A stretch of 64,000 bases of DNA, from positions 116,746,001 through 116,810,000 of the forward strand of contig NC_043003.1 in NCBI RefSeq assembly GCF_006345805.1. The letters run 5' to 3'. The notes under the pieces were generated by a model that was not told the origin of the DNA, made no database searches, and saw nothing but the letters and a program-made list of their open reading frames with translations. Shown here piece by piece: positions 55,862 to 64,000 of the stretch. The DNA comes from Octopus sinensis. Lineage: Eukaryota. The translations under genes were made by a program, and so were the position numbers. How positions within the stretch are numbered: the first letter of the stretch is position 1; every line of letters begins with the position of its first letter.

Positions 55862-56703
55862 CACAACTGCTCGGGAGCTTGCTTCTGAATTAGACGTAAC
55901 GCATACAACAATTTCCAACCACTTGAAAGAGATTGGAAAAACAAAAGTACTTGAGAAATGGGGTCCGCACGAATTGAACGACACCCTAAAAAGAAAAACC
56001 TCCGTTCTGAAGTGTCGTCTTCTCTTCTTTTATGCAACAAGAACGGGCTGTGACTTGCGCTGAAAAGTAGACGCTTTACGGCAACCGGCGACGCTAATCT
56101 CAGTGATGGGACGCCGACAAAGCTCCACGGTACTTCCCTAAGCCAAAGTTGCACCAAAAGGAGGTCATGGTGAGTGTTAAGTGGTCTGCCGTTGGTCTCA
56201 TCCATCACAGTCTTTTAGATACAGGCGAAGCCATTACGACGGAGAAGTACAGTAAGCAAATGGATAAAATGCATAAGAAACTCCGACAACAACAGCCATC
56301 ATTGGTCAATAGAAAAGGACCAATTCTTCTCCACGACGACGCTCGGCCGCACGTCGCACAACTGACCCTGCAGAAGTTGAACGAATTGGGCTACGAAACT
56401 CTGTCTCATCCGCAATACTCACCAGACCTCTCGCCTACCGACTACCACTTTTTCAAGCATCTCAACATCCTGCGTGAGAAATGCTTCAAAATCCAAGACG
56501 ATGCCAAACACGCCTTCAACAACTTCATCGCCACCAAAACGAAGGATTATACGCTACTGGTATAGATAAAATTGTTTCGCGTTGGCAAAAGTGTGTTGAT
56601 TCTGATGGTGTTTATTTCGATTAATAAAGTTTTGTTTGAGCCGAGATATGTGCATCTGAATTTAAAGGTTAAAAACCGCAAGGACCTTCTTAACAACCTA
56701 ATA
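55862..56703 (+). mobile_element. 5'-truncated mariner (DD34D-type) element
   Basis: WGPHEL, LLHDDARPH and YSPDLSPTDYHFF motifs; mariner-type right TIR AAAACCGCAA..AACCTAA followed by TA. Confidence 0.9.
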
Positions 56704-56968
56704 CTTTCAAACGCCTGTTTTAATTTATTTTCTAGCGTCATGATACCATTTATATGTTTTAGGTTTTTATGTTTAGGTTGTTATATGTCGTTTTTATGTT
56801 TATATTTCTATATTCTTATCCTGAAATTCTTAATATAAATATGTGGATATTGGAACGGAATAATACCTCATGTCCTACATGTGAATTCTGAATTTGTGTG
56901 AATGTTTTAAGAGAAATATCTGCAATTTTTATCTTATATCAAATTTTATTAATCTTTAGCACATATAA

Positions 56969-57308
56969 GGCGCAGGAGTGGCCGTGTGGTAAGTAGCTTG
57001 ATTACCAACCACATGGTTCCGGGTTCAGTCCCACTGCGTGGCATCTTGTGCAAGTGTCTTCTATAGCCCCGGGCCGACCAATGCCTTGTGAGTGGATTTG
57101 GTAGACGGAAACTGAAAGAAGCCTGTCGTATATATGTATATACATATATATGTGTGTGTGTGTGTGTGTTTGTCCTCCTTAGCATTGCTTGACAACCGAT
57201 GCTGGTGTGTTTACGTCCCCGTTACTTAGCGGGGCTAACCTAAGGCGGTGCTCCAGCATGGCTGCAGTCAAATGACTGAAACAAGTAAAAGAGTAAAGAA
57301 TAAAGAGT
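56969..57308 (+). mobile_element. SINE family 1 copy with internal deletion
   Basis: Matches the 22552 copy, lacking ~60 bp before taaggcggtgctcc. Confidence 0.9.
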
Positions 57309-57659
57309 ATATGGGCTTAAAAACAGTTGTACCATATAGTGGAGCTTTACCTCCATTAAAATTCTCCTATTATACATACATTCATACACATAGCAAGTTT
57401 TATTCTAGTAGGTTTCAAGTTTATAACACCTTAATATATCACCTTTTCTCATTTTTTTGTGTCTAAGATATATATTTTGTATTCTGGTTTTTATACATCT
57501 GTTTATTTTGATACTTTATATCTAAATTATTTTAAAGGTAGCATAAAAGGGATTTTGTCCTGTTCTGGCAAAATCTTCTTACGTTCCTTGTACGAAGAAA
57601 AGAAGAAATGACCTCAGAACATTTTTGTCGGGTATTCTTTCGTATTTGTGATGGATGGT

Positions 57660-57923
57660 GACGTGTGCGCTAAGCTAACCTAAGCTGAGCTGAGCTTGTT
57701 CGTGCCCGCCGTTTGCTCGTCTCGTACGCATCATCGCTATTCTTTCCTTCCTGCTCACCCGCCTGCCGCCGCCTTCGTCACCTCCTCCTCCGTGACCACT
57801 GCCGCCGCCGCCCTCGGTCGGCGTTCGCTCAGTGGACCTCGTTACGAGCGCTTGTGCCTGCCTACGGGGCTGAGGCGGCGGCACCAGCAGCTGCCAACTC
57901 ACGAATAATATAACACACGCTGC
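57660..57923 (+). other. Probable ITS2 fragment
   Basis: Abruptly GC-rich segment contiguous with the 28S start; identity inferred from position only. Confidence 0.55.
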
Positions 57924-58427
57924 CCTCGACTCGGACGAGACTACTACTACTCGCTGAACTTAAGCATATCGCTAAGCGAAGGAAATGAAACCAACCGCGA
58001 TTCCCTAAGTAACGGCGAGTGAACCGGGAGAAGCCAAGCGCTGAATCCCGTCGGCTGCGACGGTCGTCGAGAGCTGTGTCGCAAGGGTCGTACAAGGCGA
58101 GCTGGCAGAAACGTTAACACGCCGGGCGAAATGCTTTGCGGTATTTCGTCTGCCATTACGTTCTAAGTTCAAATTCCGCCGAGGTCTACTTTACCTTTCA
58201 TCCTGTCGGGGTCGATTAAATAAGTACCAGTTACGTACTGGAGTCGATATAATCGACTTAATCCGTTTGTCTGTGCTTGTTTGTCCTCTCTGTGTTTAGC
58301 CCCTTGTGGGTAGTAAAGAAATAAGGGTCGTACACGGCCGATAGTTTCGCTCGGCTAGGCTCGGAGTCCCCTCGATCGGGACTTCTCAGAGCGGGTGCCA
58401 GGCCCATTCGGAAAAGGTGCCGTCGTA
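57924..58427 (+). pseudogene. 28S rRNA 5' fragment (orphan pseudogene) interrupted by a SINE
   Basis: cgctgaacttaagcatatc..taagcg.aggaaa.gaaac.aac...gattccc..agtaacggcgagtgaa.cggga...gcc.agcgctgaatccc is the conserved 28S 5' end; carries a (CTA)n slippage. Confidence 0.9.
58095..58322 (+). mobile_element. SINE family 2 inserted in the 28S fragment
   Basis: 12-bp TSD aagggtcgtaca (58083-58094, 58323-58334). Confidence 0.93.
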
Positions 58428-60340
58428 GATGGGGGATCATATTTCATCTGAAATTCATAACCTGATAACTCGAGTTTGGACTGTATCTTTTGTGCCACAA
58501 GAGTGGATAAATGACATTCTAATCTCTGTGTACAAGGGTAAGGGCCCAAAAGCAGTGTATCGTAATTATAGAGGGGTAACTCTCCTGGCACATACCGGGA
58601 AAATACTTTCAAGGGTCATGTTAGTTGATCTCGTTGAGATGTATGTCCGCATATGATTTCTGAAGTGTGGTTTGAGACTTAAGTAAGGAACAATGGACAT
58701 GATATTTTCTGGCAGGTAGTTTCAAGTGAAATACTCAGCTGAACAAATGCCACTATACGAGGTCTTCATAGATTTAACAAAGGCATTTGACACAGTAAAC
58801 ATGGAGGCACTCTGGATTGTTTTATGTAAATTTAGTCGTCCAACACATTTTGTGTGCATTTTTAAGGAACTACACAGAAACATGAAAGCACAAATAGTCT
58901 TTAATGGTGAGCTATCTCATGAATTTTCGGTGGACAAAGGTGACAAACAGGGAGATATTCCTGCCCCTACATTTTCTCTATTTATTTTGCTGCATTGCTT
59001 TGATATGCTTTCAAGGATTGCAACAGGGGAATCGGAACCAGATTTCGGACATCTCGTTGCATTTCTAATTTGATGAGGTTTAACTGCAAAGCAAAAACTA
59101 TCAAAACACTTGTAAGAGAATTAATTTATGCAGATGATGATGATTTGTTGGCACACTCAGAGGAGAATATGCAACATTTAACGGGAAGATTTCTCACTAC
59201 ATGTGTACATTTCGGACCCACAATTAGTTTGGGGAAAACCAAAGTAATGTTTACTCCGGTGCTAGGACAAACATATTCTGAATCAGCAACTTTTGTGAAT
59301 GGAGCAAGGTTAGACGTCGTTGACACTCGTCAAGAGATTGTAGTATTGATGTAGAGATATACATATCTTAATGTAGAGATATTCGAATAAGGAAGGGAAG
59401 TGTTGTTTTCGAAAAGCTCGAAGAGCGAGTATGGCTGAATAGAGGTATTTCCCTGCAGACAAAAATCAGTGTCTATAAAGCGTGTGTATTGTCAGCACTT
59501 CTTTATTCGAGTGATGCATGGACCACTTACAAGCGTCATATAAAATTGAGGGCTTTCATCAAAAGTGCCTCAGACTTAGGAGTCAAGGGGGAATGATTCA
59601 TACCAAATACAGAAATTTTACGTACGGCACGTTGCAGCTTAATTGATGTTATCTTAACTCAAATGAAACAGACTGGATATGTTATTAGAATGAAAGACGA
59701 CCGTTTGACAAAGCGTCTTTTTTATGATGGGCTCAACTCTGGTAAGCAACCACAACATAAGCTGAGGAAAAGGTATAAAGACTGTGTGAAAGAAAACCTG
59801 AAGAAACTAGATATGAACAAAAATGATTGGGAAAATGATGTTCTAAATCGGAACAGGTGGAGAAGTGCTGTTAGGACTGGTTGCAGTGCCTGGGAGGAAA
59901 AGATCATACAGCAATCTGGACTTAAAAGGGCCTGTCACAACGGAACAATTGGAACTGTAATCAACAGTGAACTTTAGATATGTGTGATTGTGTTCTGTTG
60001 TCAAAAGCAGGATACATGGACCATATGAAGTCACATGAAAAACATAATACCCAGATAGGTAATGATCTTGGACACCAACCTCCGCTTACGACTTGTGCTA
60101 CATGTCACAAAACTTCTAAGTCAATATCTGGACTTAAAAGACATATTCTAGTTCACAAAAACATTCTTTCAGAATTAGATTCCAAAGGGCAAAGATATAG
60201 AAGAAAGTTGAATATCTGTCACTTGTGTTTGAAACCCTGTCAGTCAGCATCTCGTCTTAAAAGTTATCTAAGGGCTCATCAACGGATTGATTATGCTGTG
60301 AAGAGGTGTGTTGCGTGTTGATGGGACGGCTATCATCTCT
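58427..60340 (+). mobile_element. 5'-truncated RTE-clade LINE (degraded RT plus three C2H2 fingers)
   Basis: NYRGVTLL, FIDLTKAFDTVN, KQGD..AP, LIYADD, GYVIRMKDDRLTK motifs; finger CATCHKTSKSISGLKRHILVH. Confidence 0.9.
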
Positions 60341-60407
60341 CATATATATACACACACACATACATATATTTATATATACATACATATATACATATATACA
60401 CACACAT

Positions 60408-60440
<33 letters not shown>

Positions 60441-60583
60441 CATACATATATACATATATACACACACATACACACACAAACACACACATATATATATACA
60501 TACATACATATATACATATATACACACACATATACACACACACACATATATATATACATACATATATACATATATACACACAT

Positions 60584-60660
<77 letters not shown>

Positions 60661-60663
<3 letters not shown>

Positions 60664-60815
60664 ACCGGAGTAAACACATAAATGTGAAACAAGGTGGAAA
60701 AAAGAGTACTCAAATACCAGTGGTAGAGTAATATGCTTTATTTAAAGCAGCAGAAAATTCAACAAAACCTGTTACTCTGAGTTTCCCGTTGCCGTTCATC
60801 GGACAATTTTTGCAA
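60661..60815 (-). mobile_element. Family D hammerhead-bearing short element
   Basis: TTGT-CCGATGA-ACG-GCAA-CGG-GAAAC-TCAGA-GTA-ACAG at 60768-60806; 3' end at (TA)n, 5' end at (TATC)n. Confidence 0.6.
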
Positions 60816-60890
60816 TTAGATAGATAGATTGATAGATAGATAGGCAGCTAGATAGATAGATAGATCGATAGATAGATAGATAGATAGATC

Positions 60891-60969
<79 letters not shown>

Positions 60970-62086
60970 CGGTAGGTAGGTAGGTAGGTAGGTAGGTAGG
61001 TAGGTAGGTAGAGCAATGTTATATAGTTGCTAGCAGATATACATTATATTACTTCCTAATACGGTCTCAACATACGTCAGACGACAATTACTTCACTAAC
61101 GCGAGCTTAGAATGCATAAAATGCAGTTGTCACATATATACACACATATGCATTCAGAACTACCTGTATGCGCCAACTCTGAACACGAAGGAAGTGAGAA
61201 TCACGCTGTCGCAGCACGTACAGCATTAGCATAGACATACCAATTCTCACCTATACACACCATATCAAAAGTAAATACGCTCCGTTATTCCTATTCATTT
61301 GTGAGATAATCCATAACAATTATGGTTCTAAGATCATTTTAGTCGTCTCTAACTCCCTAACTCGGTACAAGAGAGATTATGTCTCTAAGTCATTGATGAA
61401 TTACATTCTACCTGAACATTAATTAAGTGGCATTTATCACTGGACAGGATTAACTTTTGATCACTTTTAGTAATTTATTAGTTCCCTTTATCTTCTCTTC
61501 AGCAAATTGAGCAATAATTCTTGATTAAATAAGGCATGTTATATTATTGATATCGCTTTATTTGTCTGTTGACATTTTTAGTATCATTATTGTAATCATC
61601 ACTCATTATCGCACTAATCAGCAGCAGTCACTTCAGCCGTATACGCATTATCGTCTTTAGGCAAGCAACGGTAGGTGAGAATTTGCAGGGAATTAATCGG
61701 ATCTTCAAAGCACCTGAGTAAATGCCAAGCGGAATTTCTTCCAGATTTTATGATCTGAGTTCAAATAACACTGAAGTACTTTTTATGGACCGATTAAGAG
61801 TTGGGTCATTTCAAAATTTTCCAGTTAATTTTCAAAGAAGTCAATTCAACAATAAAACTTTTGACGTTTAAATAAATCGTTTGTTGCTTTGTTTTGTTTT
61901 TTCATTTGCAGAAATGGCTGTAATATCTTTCTTTGAAATTGCTCCATATCATACCGATATAGGTTTTCACTATATCAATTGTCAGCTTTAGTAAACAATG
62001 TGTTTTGATAAAATATCCCTGATAGAATGTATTCCGCTTGCGTAGAGTTGGGCCAATATTATTCTATACTGTACGTGTATTCTTGG

Positions 62087-62164
<78 letters not shown>

Positions 62165-62299
62165 TTTTTTTTTTTTTTGAAGTAAGGTTTTGGAGTTTAC
62201 TATGTTTGGGGAAAACAATACTGCGATCGTATAAGAAACTTTGATTGTGTTTTACTGAAGCTGGTTTGTATCTGTGGAGTATCGTAAGGTGTTTTAAGA

Positions 62300-62760
62300 A
62301 GTACCAAGGATTATTGCAAAAGGAATTGAAACTAATAAGGTACACGGTGGATTGTATGCTCTAATGTGTCTAAACTTGTTCCTTTTAAAGGTTCCCGATG
62401 GGCTTTCAGCGAATTACAACTTCTTAAATCACTTCCTTTTTCTAAACAGTGGGCCCTTACTACTTGGGGAAAATCGTGCAAATGTAAGTTCTGTAGTCTG
62501 TTTTGTGAAGGAACTTGTACTCGCAAAGACATTGTCGGTTTTGAGGAACATTTTGAATGAAAGAACGGATTTACAACTCTCACCGCCTACCTTTCTACAG
62601 ATGTACATGATATATAATCAGGTGTTAATTTATGAAGCCCAAAGCGTATCTAAACTATGATACTTCTTCAAAGAAATCCATCGGAACAGGGTTAGCAATG
62701 TCTAAACGGCGCTGAAAATATTCTGGGCTGGTCTAGAAAAAATCAGACGTAATTTTCCTT
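62300..62760 (+). pseudogene. Degraded PLE RT remnant
   Basis: Frameshifted NYNF...G...ANV, LRNILN, LPF(L)DV and KPKAYLNY..SKKSI in PLE order. Confidence 0.45.
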
Positions 62761-63044
62761 TTGTATTACAATTAATATATGTAATAAAATCAACTAATAT
62801 GGTCACTTGCTTGATTCAATTATATGGAGACGCTAAAGAATTATACCAACTGCAAATCTATCAAAAAGCATTAATAAACATCCATAAACAATAGGAAGAA
62901 CATGTTTCGCAGGACATGTCCCTGCCGAACACCTGAATTTATTTCGTATATTTCATGAATTTTGTGGCTTATGGGCCCTGATGACAAATAAATAGAATAA
63001 TTACGGCCGTCATCATTATCAATTGCCGCATCATTATAACTACA

Positions 63045-63099
<55 letters not shown>

Positions 63100-63129
63100 T
63101 TTCTACTGTGTTATTAGATTGTACATTCT

Positions 63130-63300
63130 AATTGAGCTTGCAGCTTTTTTATCTTCGCATTTGGTGACCACAGGTTTCCGCAAATTTCAAGAACCTTCCT
63201 TAGGATTCTAGTAGTGTACATCTCTGAGGTTGTATTTTAGATGTTATGTCAAGTACACCAATTACTACACGAACAATTGTTGTATAGGTCTTCAAAAGTT
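63130..63300 (-). mobile_element. Possible R4/Dong C-terminal remnant
   Basis: Residual QRCTLL / RILRKVLEI motif. Confidence 0.3.
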
Positions 63301-63505
63301 TGTGCATCTTTTCCAGGTATCCTATTGTGGTAGGTTCGCTTCTCTGATAGTGTGCCATTAGAGTTCTGTTGTCGTTTTGAGTTCATTTCCTCCTAATCCT
63401 TACAGCAGTATTTGGATATTGACCCTACTGCGTAGTGGAGCACTCGCCATGTGAGTTACCTTCATTTCGGATCCATGAACGCAGTTGTGGTGATTTTCAT
63501 TTCCC

Positions 63506-63903
63506 ACTAGCAGTATCGCCCGGCGTTGCTCGGGTTTGTAAGGGAAATAACTATATAAGACTTTTTAGAGAGTTATTGCCAAAAAATAGCAAAAAAATGC
63601 ATTAAAAATGGAAAAATAATGATGGTAAGTTTTTTTTAAAATCGTTGACTCATCATAGACATTTTTAGAGAGTTACTTCCCTTATATAATAGCGAAAAAT
63701 GCATTAAAATGGAAAAAGTGATGGTCATTTTTTTTTTAAATCGTAGACTCATCGTAGACGCGCGCTAATACCCAGAAGAGCTCGATATGAATCACGACTA
63801 TAAGATACCCGGTTTTGGTTAAACTGCACCGCAAAATGTGGGAGTAGTTAGGAATCTAAATCGTAGCAGACAGACACACAACTTGACTTTTATATACAAA
63901 GAT
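63506..63903 (+). mobile_element. Helitron/Helentron-like non-autonomous element
   Basis: Shares both termini with 23159-23554 but has a different interior; subterminal CCCGG..CGGG hairpin; no TSD. Confidence 0.55.
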
Positions 63904-64000
63904 TACACTCATCAAGAAAGCTGTGTTGGCTAGGCGTTACAACCACCAGTGTTTTTCATCTCGAGGCCATCTCTAAGTGGGTTGTCAGCCAAGACTAATG

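Noticed and set aside
57675-58095. GC-rich ORFs and a possible CpG-island promoter
   Set aside because: Explained by ITS2/28S-derived sequence.
57924-58427. Functional rDNA unit
   Set aside because: Short, mutated, SINE-interrupted, with no 18S or 5.8S nearby.

Overview
Repeat-saturated, AT-rich eukaryotic window with no convincing host protein-coding exon. The repeat families and microsatellite load suggest an octopus/cephalopod genome; that is recognition from memory, not a database result. Contents: large (AT)n, (CATA)n, (GATA)n, (AAT)n and (CAT)n tracts; three tRNA-headed SINE families; decayed LINEs (RTE with C-terminal C2H2 fingers, R4/Dong, Tx1/L1, CR1/L2-like); Penelope-like element (PLE) remnants; mariner and maT (DD37D-type) remnants; GG-ended MITEs carrying TTAGGG repeats; Helitron-like non-autonomous elements; an orphan ITS2-28S rDNA fragment; and a 100-N gap. 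Most listed ORFs are microsatellite artefacts. The main unexplained structure is a set of short elements whose 3' ends abut microsatellites and which each carry a minimal type I hammerhead-like fold (helix I - CUGANGA-like core - helix II - GAAAC - short palindromic helix III - helix I). Several have family-specific non-canonical cores. One PLE family carries a tRNA-like Pol III cassette just upstream of its hammerhead. Ribozyme activity is inferred from structure only and is untested.
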